From: Euglena gracilis
Taxonomy: Eukaryota
NCBI GenBank assembly: GCA_039621445.1
Contig: CP154954.1
Coordinates: forward strand, 6,583,425-6,647,424
Direction: 5' to 3'
Length of the DNA stretch: 64,000 bases
This document shows positions 27,601 through 39,831 of the stretch, in pieces. Position 1 is the first letter of the stretch; each line of letters starts with the position of its first letter. The notes under the pieces were generated by a model. It had not been told where the DNA came from. It saw nothing but the letters and a program-made list of their open reading frames with translations, and searched no databases. The translations under genes were made by a program, and so were the position numbers.

Positions 27601-30600
27601 AATGCCGACCTCTCCTGTCGGCTACGCAGCAGCCGCTGCCAGTCACGGAGGACATGGTGGGCCAGCAGCAGGAGGTGTTCTCCCGCCTCGGCACCTCGCG
27701 CGAGGCCCACCGACTGCGGACTCGGCTGCAGACTGGCTCGCTGCAGGCGTGTGCAATTTTGTTTTGGTGTGTGGGCGGCGTTCCTGTTGGTGTGGCATCA
27801 CGGACGATATTCCCACACCCAACAGACAGACAATTGCATTTGCCACCAGTTCCTTTTGTCAGACGGAGCACGCTGCCAATGGCATTGGTGGTGAAATATG
27901 AAATATGAAATGAAATATGAAATGGTATGAAATATGAAATATATGAAATGGTGTCAAGAACCTAAGGCCCGAATGGAATCACATCATTTTTGAAACATGT
28001 GGTTGACGGCTCACTTGTCTTCCAGATTGATGTGTTTTGTTGCCTTTCTTGCTCAGAAGATCGTTCTTGCTTATCGTGTGTGCGTCTGTGCATCTTTTGC
28101 GATGTCTTTTGTGTCCTGTGCCGTATGTTGATACACCATCTTGTAACATGCTATGTGTACGTGTTCCCTGATGAGTCTGCCCCTTGGAAAACCTGCTCAA
28201 CTTCCACACCCGCCCAACTCGCCCAGCTGATCTTACTACTCCTTTCGGGGGGAAAATATGCCCCTTTGCATTTTTTTTGGGTCGCTTTTTTTAGGGTTCA
28301 TGCTGCATTCCTGGTCGTGTCTCGCGTTTGCTGTTTCCTGTTCCCTTCTTCTCAACCACAGTCGGACATGCAGGCGTTCAAGGCGGCCAACCCGTTCGAC
28401 CCGTGCCTCGTCGACTTCGTGCGGTGGTACTCCCCGAAGGACTTCAGTGCCGCCCGGCTGGCAGACTTCGACCGGGAGCATGGCCTCAACACGGGCTGCA
28501 CGGTGGGACCCCACGAGGCCCGGGAGCTGCACTGTGCGCCGCATCCCCGTGGCCTGGGAAGTTGCTCTGAAAAGTCATATGTTTTGTCATTTTCGCGTGT
28601 GTTCTTGTGTTGTTGATTTTTTAATGAAATAAATCGTCCATTGTTACAATTTCAATTATCATGTTACATGCACATATTGGATATTGAATATGAAATAGAT
28701 ACTGTAATTAAAAAAGACAATAGATCAATAGATAATTATGTGATGATTCCATTTTCATTTGCATGTGTCCATGCATATTATGTAAACAGATTTTATGCAA
28801 ATCTCATAAACATCTGAACCTGCTTTTGCTTTCTCGGGTTCTTTGTGGTTTCTCGAGGTTCTATTCGTGAATCTGTTTTCTGTGCTCTCAAACGAGATGT
28901 GGCGGACCGCTTGAGCGCTCGCATGCAGGAGCCTGGCAATGTATGGCAGGTACTATGGGAGGAGTCTGCGGCGCTCCCGGCCTGACCCCCTCCTCGTCCT
29001 CCACATATCACTCCAGGGGATGGCAGCGTGCCTCCAAAATTGTACCACTGTGTTGCGGGGGTCCTCAAAGTAAATATGGTCTAAGGATGCTTGATTTCTC
29101 CATCAGGGTTTTTTTTTAGTCTTGTTAGGGTGGGTGGGTCTGGCCGAGCCCCCCCTCCCTCTCGGGGGGTCCCCCCAGGGGGAGTGGGGTGTACTTTTCA
29201 GCGCCGAAGGCGCCGAAAATTTGAGAAAAGGAGCTATTTTTAGCATTTTTTGCGATTTTTGGCCATTTTCGGGAAAATTGAGTGGGTCCCTCGGGACCCC
29301 CCCGGGGCCCCCAGGGGGTGGGTGGGGGGGGGGGGACTCCCCCCGGTCTTAAAAAAAAGCCCCTGTTCTCCATCTCCCCGTGGTGAAATTCCTTTCTTCA
29401 TAGAGACCCCAAGCCAAGGGGACAATGATGCTTTTTTTTTATTCTGTTCCTGGCTGAGAATTGGCTTAGAGATCGAAGGTCGTTGGTTAGCGATGCGTTT
29501 TTTTTTGGGCGTTATTTTTTCAGTTATGCAATAATTCGAATCGCAGTAAATTTGCGAATGTTGCGAAGTAGTCTCATAAACCAAATGACATTGATACCAA
29601 AGCAAAGGAATGCCAAAGGAATACCAACCGAATAGCTGAAACTGACAACGTGGCAGTTGTCTCAGCCGGCGACGTTGGGGTTCATGCTTATGGAGGTGGA
29701 TGGTGTCCGCACCCCCCCTCCCCCCCAAGCTGGGGCTCCACCCAGGGACCCCATATGGAAAGAAGGCTGTGTCCTCTTTTGGGTACTTCCAGCCAAGGGC
29801 CAATCAGTCAGAATTTTAGACGGACCTCCCCCTAAGAACCCCTTCCCCGAACAAGATAATGATCTTACTGAGGTCGTTAGTCGCCAATTCAGGAGGTGAG
29901 AACCCCCCCCCCCCCAGTCTCCCGGCCATAAACCTATTCATTTGCCCCCCCCCCCCGAATGCTGGGGTGGGGCTGTGGGGGGGGGTCAGCGGCCAGTTTC
30001 AGAGCAGCGGCAGGGGTTCGACGCGGTGCGGGAGGCCAACGTGGCACTGCACTTCCTGGAGCAGCTGCCGGTGCCCGAGGTGTTGCCGGGGCCTGGCGAC
30101 TGGTCTTGGCCGCCCAAGACTTCCGGAATGTGGCGCATACTGCGGTCCGTTCCAGCAGTGAATCTGAAACGCAGCAGAAGGACCGTCGGAGCCCCCAATG
30201 CCTGTTTATTCATCAACTGCTTTGGCCGCTCTGCCTTTTCTCTCTCCTTCAATTTGCCCGCACTCAACTTTCGGCTTGACTAAACCCATCAAACCTGATT
30301 AAAGCTTCAGTTTTTTTTTTTGGCACCGGTGTGCCATTACCCGTCGAAAACCCCCCAAAATTTGAACCTTCACAAAGCCCTCGCGCTCCAAACACTTAAC
30401 CCACTGTCTGCCATGCACAGGTGCTGCAGTGCCTGGCGGACCACTGGGTGGTCATGGCGTTCGCCGCCCTCGCCCACGCCCCCATCACGGCGCTCGTCCC
30501 CCACGCCCGCGCGCACGCCCAGCGCCTCGCGGACGCCCTGACGGCGGCGCTGGTGCCCGGCCGCCCCCTCTCGCTGGAGAGGTGTGCGGGGCGGGGGCAA

Positions 30601-33600
30601 ACATGCTTGGCTTGCCATCCCTCGTCCAAGAGGGTGCGCTGCAATTTCCTTTTCCAGTATTAGTACAGATTTTTCATTCTCTGACTGAAAATGTTTGTCG
30701 CATAGAAGCAAATTCTTTTTAAAATTTTTCGTACATTCTGTGGACATTCAAATGTCCACTTATGTCCGCTTATAAAAGTACCTTTATGTATATGTAACCC
30801 AAAACCGAACCCTTTCCCAAACTCTAACCCTAAAACCGTAACCCTAATCCTAACCCAATCCCAACCAGTATTGATGAATCCCCCTCCCCCGGAGGTAACT
30901 GCTTTCCTCTGGACATGCCAATCCCAACGTTTTATTTGCTGTTTACTTGACTTTGTTTTTGTTTTGTTTTTTTTTGGGTTGAACGATTTCCCTTCCCTCC
31001 AAAATACATAAATTTTTATAAGTAATAAAAAAATAATAATCATAAAATCATAAAAGAAACTACCCACTTAGTTTAGTGCACCGAAGTCGAAGTCCAGGAG
31101 ATTTGGTAGTTTTGGGTGGAAAAGTTACTGTTTGGGCAAGTTTTTCACATGGCCCCTGTTTGCAATTTGGGAATTCTCACACAACACATGCTCCATTCGA
31201 CGTTCATTTCGGTAAAACAGGTGTCCCAAGCCTCCTTCGTCCCCCCCCACCAGGGAGGTTTATTATGCCTTCGTTTTGATTTTGTTGGCCCAGGGGCGTC
31301 ATCCGTGTGTGTGGGGGGTGTGGGCAGGGGGGGAACACAAATGCGGTTTTTTTTGGTTTTTTTGGTTTTTCGAATTTTGGCAAAATTTGTTTTTTGTGTT
31401 TTGTTTTCCTGACACTTTTTGGATTTTTGTTACATCCTGGGGGAGCACCTGAAGGATTTTATATGCAATTTGCGTTTTTTTTTTGCGTTTTGATTGCCCT
31501 TTTTTTTGCCCTTTTTTTGCTTCCTCCCACTGTTGGGGGAGGCATGTTGTCGTGTTTATTAGTGAATTTTCTGCGGTATCTTGTGTAGACGATTCGGGCC
31601 GGCCCGGCTTGGCCCCCACCCGCCTCCCCGACAGGTACGCGGAGGTGTGTGACCGCCTCGATGCGGCAGAGGCCGCCGGCGCCGCCGCGGTGTCCCTCCT
31701 CGCCCGCTTCGGCTGCCCGCCCACTGCCACCCCCGACGCGCCTCTTGCGGACGGGCTTCTTTTAAAGCAGCTATCCCCCCCCCAAATGCCCTGGATTGTT
31801 TTTTTTTTTTTTTTTTTTTTTGTCACCAGGCCGAAGTTCAAGGTGAGTCAGACCCCATCCTAGGGGGGTGACCGCACCCAGATCCGACCCCCCTAGGGGG
31901 TCACATGGCCAACATTGACTGGGCACTTGGCCAAATCACTTCCAGTGCCAAAGGTGCCGGAAGCCCAGAAAAGACCTTTTTTAGGCACTTTTTGGCCCAC
32001 GACTCGACAGGGGGTATTGCCTGCCTGCCCAGACACTCCAGGGCACCCCTCCCCCCTCCCCTAGGGCCGGTCAAACCCAGCCTGCTGGACCCCTCCAGCG
32101 CCGGGCATTACATTGGGGGCGGGCTAAACCTTGTCTGAAGTACGTTGGATGTTGTGGACAATTTTTTTTTGATGCTGTCCCACAACCCCCGGACTGCCTC
32201 CGCGGTGCACAGCAGCCTGCCAGCGTCCCTCGTGTCCCGCATCCTGGACTCCGAGGTGACTAGGCTGTTGGAGGCGACAGTGGAGGAGTGGCACGCGATG
32301 GCCCGGCCGCAGCTGAGCCGGTACCCGATGTTTTTTAATAAGGTTTAGTGACCCGGGAGGTGTGCTGGCTGGCGGGTCTGGGCTGAGCCCCCCCCCCCCC
32401 CCCCTTGGGGCAGGGGGTCGGGCCAAGTGGGTGCCCCCCTGCCCAAGCACCTACAGTAAAAATGGCCGAAAATGGCTGAGAATGGCCGAAAATGAGAAAA
32501 ATTTTGTTGCATTGTTTTCAAGGTTTTTTGTCTGACAGTTGCTTTTTCCCTGAGGGGCAATTTTCAGTGTGACTGATGCTTGTCTCTGTGCAGCCTCTCT
32601 TCTTTTGTTATTATGCCTGGCCCTGCAACACATGCTGCTCAATGAACCACCCCCGAAAGGGTTATTTGGGCCAAAGATTTTGGTGACAAGGGTGACGCTG
32701 GCATTTTTTTTTGTATATTTTGAAGAATTAAACCCATTTTTGGGATAATTTCTCCACAAATCTCCAGTATTACACCCATCTTGGCCAATTTGGATCAATT
32801 TTTGCTAATTTTGGGGATATTTTGCACTGATTTGGCAAATATTGAACTAATTTGGGTCACATTTTATGGCATTTTTGGTCGTTTTGCGCCATTTTAGTGA
32901 TTTTGGGTAATTTTTCACAATTTTTTTTGTGGATATTGTTGGCGTTTTTGGGCAAGTTTAGGTTATTGAAGCCATTTTAGGTCATTTTGGTTGCTTTTTG
33001 GGGCCTTTTGCGGTCAATTTTAGGCTTTTTGTGGTCTTTTTGGGGTTTCTGTGGTCATTTTGCTAGGTTGGGAGCCAGTGGATGCAGAGTTTGCAGATAC
33101 TGGACAAGATGCAATGGATGCAGATGCTGAACAAGGTGCAGACACTGGACAAGATGTCGACACTGGACAAGATGCAGATGCTGTACAAGATGCAGATGCT
33201 GGACAAGATGCAGATATTGGACAAGATGTAGACACTGGACAAGACGCAGATGCTGCACAAGATGCAGATGCTGGACAAGATGTAGATGTTGTTCAAGATG
33301 CAGATGCTGGACAAGATGCAGACATTGGACAAGATGCAGATGCTGGAGAAGATGCAGTGATATAAGTGAAATATTTCAACATTATGGGCCGATCACATGT
33401 TTGCTTTTTTGTTCTGCCGCTCAAGCTGAGCGCACTTTCTCCCAATTTCGCCACATCCAGACGGACGATCGTCTCAACATGACGGATGAAATTTTACATC
33501 AAGGCTTCTTTGAAGTCATGCCTCTCTTGTCCTGCCATTATGCCTGACTGTGGAACACATGCTGCTCAAAGAACCACCTCCGAATGGGGTATTTGGGCCA

Positions 33601-35583
33601 AAGCTGATGGTTTTGATGGCATTTCAGAAAATTGTGGTGACAAGGTGCAACCGGCAAAGTAAGTATGCGAGGTGTTTTTTTCTCTGTTAAAGGTGTGATT
33701 CCTGCATTAGGTTCATTGCACACAAGTGGATGGGATCTAACAGTGCCACCATCAAACAATGTTGCTTGAGGTATCAAGTTGGAATAGGTGAGGGGAAGTT
33801 GTTTGTGAAAAGCATCCACGCCAAGAGGCTTGAAGAGAAAAGCACCAGTTTTGGTGTTGCCACCCACCATTGTGGTTAACATGTCATGTGCCAACCACTC
33901 TCATGAAGCGTCCCAAGAACCCCCAGCAAAAAAGACCAAAGTGGACAAGAGCCTCTCTGGCAAGAAAAAAGAAGCCTATTCCCAAAACCTTGCGTTTGCA
34001 TATTGCAACAAAAAGCTCTTTGACCTCTTTAATCCAGGGTTCGATATAAGGAGGGCGTACATGGTTTAGGTGGGGGGGTGTCCCCCTCCCCCCTCCTGAC
34101 CCGCGGGGGGGTCCGCCCCCCCCCCCCCCCTCACCTGCCAGGGGGGTCCGGACCGACCCGGGGGGGGGGGGTACCCAGGACCCCCCAAAAGGGCAATTTT
34201 TTCCTCCGGCGGAGTTTTTGGTAATTTTTTTTGTTGCAACAGCCAAATGTTTTCTTTCGGCTCCTGCACTGCACGTTTATTTGCTTGTTCTTTTGCAGCC
34301 GATGTCTCGCCAGCTTCCTTTGTTTATGTGCTGCTTGCGCTTTGATTTCGCTGGATGTCAAACTTTTGGCCCGGCGCTTTGCGCCGGGCTGAAAATCGGT
34401 CACCCGGACTGCGCCACTGTTTAGGTGGGGGGGTGTCCCCCTCCCCCCTGGCCCGCAGGGGGGGGGGGTCCGGACCACCCCCCACCTGTCCTTATATCGA
34501 ACCCTGCTTTAATCCCTGAGCACCCATTCCAAAGGACCTCCTTGGATGCGTTAGCTTGTCACGACTGCTTGCATGTTGACTGAATGATCAAAATGCATTG
34601 TTGGTATGAAAGAGTTTTAAGGCAGCTTTACCCCCCACCTATATGGCCGAAAATGGCCGAAAATGGCCGAAAATGGCAAAAATCTGGGGGTCAACTATAG
34701 GTGCTTGCCCCTGCCTAAAGGGGGTTTTTTACCCTTTAAGAGTGGGTCCCCCCCCCCCTGTGTGCCCCTGGGTGTGGATGGGTTGGCCCTCCCCCGGTTG
34801 TGCTGTGCCGGACACAGGGATCGCGCTGGATCCTCCGAGGATGAATTCTTTGCCGGGCCTCAAAGGGCACGCGGTCCTCCGCTGTTGTGGTACATCTTCC
34901 CGGGATGATTAGCGTTGCTTCGGCCGGCAGCCAAGGGACGTCATCGCCCGCCACCCCGTCGTCCGCAACCCGGCCTGAACGTCCTGACCCCCCTACAGAT
35001 CTTCAGCCAAACCGCGGGTTGGGAACGTGTTTCTAGGTATCGCTTAGGAGACGTTTCCCAAACCTTGAACCAGGGAATGGAATGGTGTGGTGCTCCTTTG
35101 GTACCCCCCCCCCCCGCCGGCTTTGTTGCATTTATTAAAAGGGCGTCTCAACATCGCCCCAGAAACCACCATTTTCCACCCCCATCCCATGGTTGCGGTG
35201 GACCATCTGTTTGTCCCGCCTGACTCTTCTTGCCCCTGAGCTTTGGTCTTTGAATGGACCCCGATGAATGCCTTTTTTTTTGGCATGTTTATTTTTGTGT
35301 TTTTTTTTTTCCCCAATTTTTAGCAAAAACCCCGTATTTTTGCGTTTTTTTTTATGGACTCCCCCCCCCTGGTGGGAGAGTCCACCGTCTCCCCCACCAG
35401 GTCTTCCCATGCACTCCGTCTTGGGGCCAACAGCATGCAGCCTGGCGGGACGGGCATGCCCCGGGCCGGGCGGTGCCCCCCGAGGAGCGGGAGTACCGGC
35501 TCGGGACGGAGGACGGGCTGCAGCGGCTGTTCGCCGGCCACACCGCCGCCGGTGTGACCCTCGCCACCGCCCTGGCCTTCTGA
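4556..35583 (+). CDS. RAB3GAP1: Rab3 GTPase-activating protein catalytic subunit, multi-exon. Approximate exons: 4556-4636, 8126-8204, 9269-9390, ~10275-10420, ~10560-10723, 12125-12260, 12643-12770, 13378-13485, 13912-13953, ~14990-15067, ~15515-15575, ~17258-17410, 20821-20940, ~21690-21785, ~22765-22915, 23344-23396, 23949-24009, 26473-26630, 27620-27746, 28362-28533, 28897-28978, 29995-30079, 30421-30581, 31635-~31745, ~32205-32320, 34818-~34870, ~35433-35583
   Basis: Exon translations give Rab3GAP1 motifs in the expected order: FEIADFSTVTAWERL; TWGTTADPIEQLRCELRWP; LWRRFAEAVRLFWE..GPPDWSSCLLHQ|KLQMVNACI; LFIP|ATQQPLPVTEDM..LGTS..LQ|SDMQAFKAANP..DFVRWYSPKDF; LSARMQEPGNVWQVLWEE; EREYRL..QRLF..LATALAF-stop. 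The first exon/start codon and some internal exons are tentative. Confidence 0.9.
7330..7880 (-). pseudogene. Possible decayed non-LTR retrotransposon reverse transcriptase fragment
   Basis: Minus strand gives a frameshifted AF-DSVSH (cf. KAFDSVSH) and a downstream GVKQ; no YADD motif seen. Confidence 0.3.
12261..12642 (+). other. Nonconventional intron
   Basis: T|ACC-GCTGTTTACGGGGAGAGG ... CCTCTCCCCGAACAGC-AGCTT|G; long stem; in frame. Confidence 0.7.
16555..17205. repeat. AT-rich low-complexity ATATT/ACATATT repeat
   Basis: Visible directly. Confidence 0.9.
17585..20577. mobile_element. 3-kb non-autonomous DNA transposon with ~70-bp TIRs and 5-bp TSD
   Basis: TIR CTTAGGCGGCC(T/G)AATTCGCACTTAA...TTGCGCAAATTTACGATTTTTTTG at both ends; ATGCT at 17580-17584 and 20578-20582; internal arrays of TGATGCGCGCATTTGCGCAAAT (~18260-18780, ~19740-20180). 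Confidence 0.85.
23397..23948 (+). other. Nonconventional intron, ATG...CAT stem
   Basis: T|GCC-ATGGCTGCCATGAG ... CCCAAGGCAGCCAT-CCCCC|A; in frame. Confidence 0.65.
24830..26445. repeat. Degenerate CA/CT/CG low-complexity tract
   Basis: Irregular CAC/CTCA/CGCA runs, possibly poorly polished sequence. Confidence 0.85.
26631..27619 (+). other. Nonconventional intron, GAG...CTC stem
   Basis: C|GCC-GAGGGG ... CCTCTC-CTGTC|G; joins LFIP|ATQ, position constrained by Rab3GAP1 homology (LYIPVTQ). Confidence 0.75.
28362..28533 (+). CDS. RAB3GAP1: Rab3GAP1 catalytic-domain exon
   Basis: SDMQAFKAANPFDPCLVDFVRWYSPKDF matches the family signature SDMxxFKAANP..DFVRWxSP; preceded by a pyrimidine tract and CAG. 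Confidence 0.93.
28979..29994 (+). other. Nonconventional intron, CTG...CAG stem
   Basis: C|GGC-CTGACCCCC ... GGGGGTCAG-CGGCC|A; required because an in-frame TGA follows the exon; joins ALP|VSEQRQGFD. Confidence 0.8.
29104..29365. mobile_element. hAT-type MITE
   Basis: Ends CAGGGTTTTTTTTTAG / CTTAAAAAAAAGCCCCTG; perfect 8-bp TSD TTCTCCAT. Confidence 0.9.
33078..33357. repeat. 18-bp minisatellite (GGACAAGATGCAGATGCT-like), ~15 copies
   Basis: Direct tandem repeat visible in the sequence. Confidence 0.9.
34035..34506. mobile_element. hAT-type MITE
   Basis: 18-bp perfect TIR CAGGGTTCGATATAAGGA; perfect 8-bp TSD CTTTAATC (34027-34034, 34507-34514). Confidence 0.92.
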
Positions 35584-36964
35584 CCTCCCCTGCCCTCTCA
35601 CTGACCAGTGCGGTCCGCCGGCTTCCGCTTGCCACTGCAGCGCCGCGTGCCATCCAAGAGCTGTGGGCTGCCCTCCCCCCACAGTCTATTGGCGGATGGA
35701 GCGTGGCAGGGCAGGGGACTGCGCGAGCATCAGTGCGGTGTACAGTGTAGCCGTGGCGAGACACGGGGAGGGTGTTGGGCAGGCATTTGGGCCGGTACAC
35801 GCCAAGCCACGGCCTGAGCATGGCCATGCCCATGCTCTGTCTATCTAGATATCTCTACCTATCTAGCCATGTCCATGGTGTCGGGGGGGGGGGAGGCGAA
35901 TGGCAGTAATTGCCTCCTGTTTGCCAATCCTGTGTTCCGGCCAACACAGCCTCCTGCCCTGCGACAGGTGCGCCGTTGGCACAAATCCTCTGCGACCCAA
36001 TCACGCTGGCTCCAGTGGGCACCCGCAAGGGTTCACGTGCTCAATTGTGTTCTTGGTTTGCGAGAATTTAGGGCTCTCATAATTCATTGCTGCCTGAAGT
36101 GCGGAGTTGAACATGGGTGCCATATTCTTCAACCGTTGCTGGGGAGTCTGCCATTGCCAGTAATATGTTTTGTGTGGAAAAAATTCCCCCGACGGATGAA
36201 ATGTCCTCAGGTGCACTCCACTGTGTCTCCCAAACCATGAAAAAAGCAAACAATGGCCTTTGAATAATCTGCACAGCTAACTGCAGAATAAGGAAGACTA
36301 CAGAATCCAGGAAAGTCTGGATTTCAGTGTGTCAAATCCTGCCCCACTTACAACTCCCTCATTGTTACAGAGTGCGGCTTGGTGTTCGACCCTGATGGGG
36401 TTTTATCGAGAAGATTCAATGCTCCTCTGGAATTTCGACATTTTTGACCACAAAATAGGTCAAAAATGGGCGAAAATGGGTTGGAAAAGGGCTGAGAAGT
36501 AATTGTCAGTTTTTTTGGACATTTTTGCAGTTTCGATTCTTTTTGGTACCTGGTTCGACCCCGGACCCCGGACCCCTGGGGGGGGGTGGAGGGGGGTCAG
36601 CCAGATTTTCCAGCCTCTGAGCTGGACCCCCTGGAAGGGGGGGGGTCGATAAAAAGTGCCCTAGTGGGGAGCGGCTTTCTGTGAGTGGCGTTCATAAGTG
36701 GAAGTGTTTGTGCAGTACATCTGAGTTGGTCAAAAAAGTGTCTCAGTTGTTGCACCACATACCCGAGGCAATGGACAAGACACTTGCATATGCACCTGCG
36801 GGGTTTACAAGACGCAAATCCATAACGAGCAACCTAGTTTCGGGAGAGTTGCCGGAGCGATTTGGGGCAGGTGAGACCGAGCGCTGGACGATACCATTGA
36901 CTTCGACTTAAAATGTTGGTTGCACAATCGCGCAAAGGGACTATTCGCTCAAATGCGCATACGG

Positions 36965-37258
36965 CAGGCTTCTTTTTTCCAACCTGGGGGAGAGGGGGGG
37001 ACGCCATGGGGCATGCCCACAGCAGGAACCCCCCACCCCAGGAGATCGGCTTTGGGTCCCGGTGCTTACCAACTTTCCAATTTTCCCTTGAAAATGACCA
37101 TTTTCAGGCCCCGCGCCGGGGGGCGCGCCGGGGGGGGGGGGTCAATAACAGAAACACCCCAAAAACCTGACCCCTCCGGGGGGTCGAAAGTGTCCTGCCC
37201 CCCCTACCTGCCCATAGCATCCACCCCCTGGGGGTGAACTTCCTTTAAAAGGAGCCTG
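36965..37258. mobile_element. hAT-type MITE
   Basis: Left CAGGCTTCTTTT, right reverse complement CAGGCTCCTTTT; decayed TSD GCATACGG/GCACAGGA; a related end in inverse orientation starts at 48260. Confidence 0.6.
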
Positions 37259-37611
37259 GCACAGGACTACTTGCACAACAGTGGGAACAAAGTGGAGGTT
37301 TTCCACGATTGCGCCAGTGATTCCTTTGCGCATTCAGCTGATGGATTTGCTGCAATTATGTGAATACTTGCACACGATGAATCATTAAAAGTTAAACGTG
37401 ACAAAAGACCCATTTCCTGGGCCCCATATGGGCTGCGGCAATTGAGTCTGTGAAAAACCGTTGCATTACCTCTGACTCTCTCCTGTTCCCTATTCTAATT
37501 TAAAAAACACGGCAATTCAAGATTTTGTTCCTGAAAAAAAAAAGAGTTGAAAAGTGTCCTCCAGTCCCAGCAGGCGCAGTACTCACTCCCCCACCCCTGC
37601 CTGCCACCCGC

Positions 37612-37647
37612 CCACCCCTCCACACACACACACACACACACACGCAG
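37612..37647 (+). promoter_or_regulatory. Putative spliced-leader trans-splice (or 5'UTR intron) acceptor
   Basis: C/CA-rich tract ending in CAG 26 nt before the ATG at 37674; inference from euglenozoan biology. Confidence 0.4.
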
Positions 37648-37673
37648 GCACCCCTCCCCCTCCCCCGGGCGCC

Positions 37674-39800
37674 ATGCCGAAGTACGCCCCGGACTTCTGG
37701 CGCAACAACTACCTCGACATGTCCTCCGCCGGCGGGGGCGACGCGGTGTGGCAGACGATGGGCGCCACCGCGAAGCCCGCCGCGGAGGGCCAGGCCGCGG
37801 GCAGCAGTGCCTACGACACGTGTGCAGGGTGGGGCCAGTCGGAATGTGCGAGTGTCCCTTTTTTGGCACGCAACCCAGCCGACCTTTCCCACTTTCGTTT
37901 CGACAGGATGGAATCCCGCATAAACCTGAATTTTTGTCACCCTTGTGACCACCCTTCGGAAGGAACATGCAGGTCATGTTGGTAAGTACAATTGTTCCAG
38001 GGCAGTTTCTCATTGAGGACAGTTACCCCAGGTGGGGGGAGGTGGGGGGAGGATAATTGAAATGGGTTGTCATAGAATTTGAGGACAGTTGGGGATGGAT
38101 GTTCAGAAAAAGGGGACGGTGCAACGCATTTTGAAGTCCGATTTTTAAACAAGCTGCAACCCGACCAGGGTTTGATATAAGGAGGGTGTTCGGGGTTTAG
38201 GCGGGCCCTCCTGGACCAGAGGGGGGCGTCCGGACCCCCCACCTGCCAAGAGGGGTCTGGACCCACCGGGGGGGGGTAACCGGGACCCCCCCCCCCCAAA
38301 GGTCAACTTTTCCTTCCGGCGCTTCTGCAACCCGACCAGGGTTTGATACAAGGAGGGTGTTCGGGGTTTAGGCGGGCCCTCCTGGACCGGAGGGGGGCGT
38401 TCGGACCCCCCACCTGCCAAGAGGGGTCTGGACCCACCGGGGGGGGGGGGTAACCGGGACCCCTCCCCAAAGGTCAACTTTTCCTTCCGGCGCTTTGCGC
38501 CTTTTTTTTTTGCATTTTTTGACAAATTTTTGCCCAAAAATTGCCCAAAATGGCACTTTTGGCCGTTTTTGGTGGGCCAGACCGAAAATTTTTGGTGCTG
38601 GGCCAAAAATCAGCGACTCCCAGACCGTGCCACTGTTTAGGTGGGGGGGGGGTGTCCCCCACCTGCCCTTTTATCAAACCTGAACCCAACCTGATGATTT
38701 ATGTTTGATTACCGCCAATTTAACATCATTTGCTTTGTGCCACTGATCCACTAGATGATTCATGGACTCGTTGGTGGGTGACGTTGTGTGTGGAAATGTT
38801 TTTGAAGTGTGTCTGGGCAAAGATGACGGGAAACAAAGATGACGGGAAACAAAGATGGCCATCCAGTATTTCTCGTCATTTCTTCCCATCTTTTCTTCCT
38901 GTCTTTTTTTCCCATCAGTTTTTTTCCGTCAGTTTTTTTCTGTCAGTTTCTCCCGTCTTTTTCCTTGCCGTTTTTTTTTTCATGGGTTTTCCAGTCCTTT
39001 TTTTCTGTCAATTTTTCCCGTCATTTTCCCCGTCATTTTTTCCTGTCATTTTTGTCCCCCCTCCCCAGCCTGGGGTCCCTCCGCCCTGGCACCACAAGGG
39101 GCTGCTCAGCCTGGCGAAGACACACGCCGCGGCGGCGGGGCTAGGGGTTTTCTAAAGCTGGAGGGGACCCTACCCCCCCAGGAGCCAGCACCTTTTTTCC
39201 AGCCAGCACCTCCCAGCCCCCCCCCCCCCCCAGGGGGTCCGCTGACAGAAAGTTCAGGCCAGCCGGTGAAGAAGCCAGAATGGCAAACATTCTTGAAAAA
39301 TGAAAAATGGTGGGAAATGGCGTTTTTGGGTGGGTTTGGGGGTTTTCCCTCCAAAAATGCAAACCCAGCTGGCTTTCGGCTTTTTTTTTGGCTTTTTTTT
39401 GGGATACCTGCCGGGTCCAGCTTCCAGCTGGCTGGACCCCCCCACTGGACCCCCACCCCCAGGGGGGGTCCAGCCAACTCCTTCTTCCAGCTGGCCCATG
39501 GGACCCCCCCCCCCCCAGGTCCTTAAGATAACCCCTGGGCGGGGCAGGTGGCGGCTACGAAGGGGACGTGCAAGCGCTGCGGCGCCACAGGCCACCTCAC
39601 GTTCCAGTGCCGCGGTGAGGCCGGCGCCCGGATAGACTGGCCGCTGGTGTTTGCTTTGTATTTCCAATTAACATTCCAAGCCCTAAAGTCACTTCCTCTG
39701 CAAGTTTGCTTCTTCTTCTTCTTCTTCTTCTTCTTCTCTTCTTCTTCTTCTTCTTCTTCTTCTTCTTCTTCTTCTTCTTCTTCTTCTTCTTCTTCTTCTT

Positions 39801-39831
<31 letters not shown>

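Noticed and set aside
33051-33365. DAGQDA-repeat protein gene
   Set aside because: Intronic minisatellite without supported splice sites or start codon.
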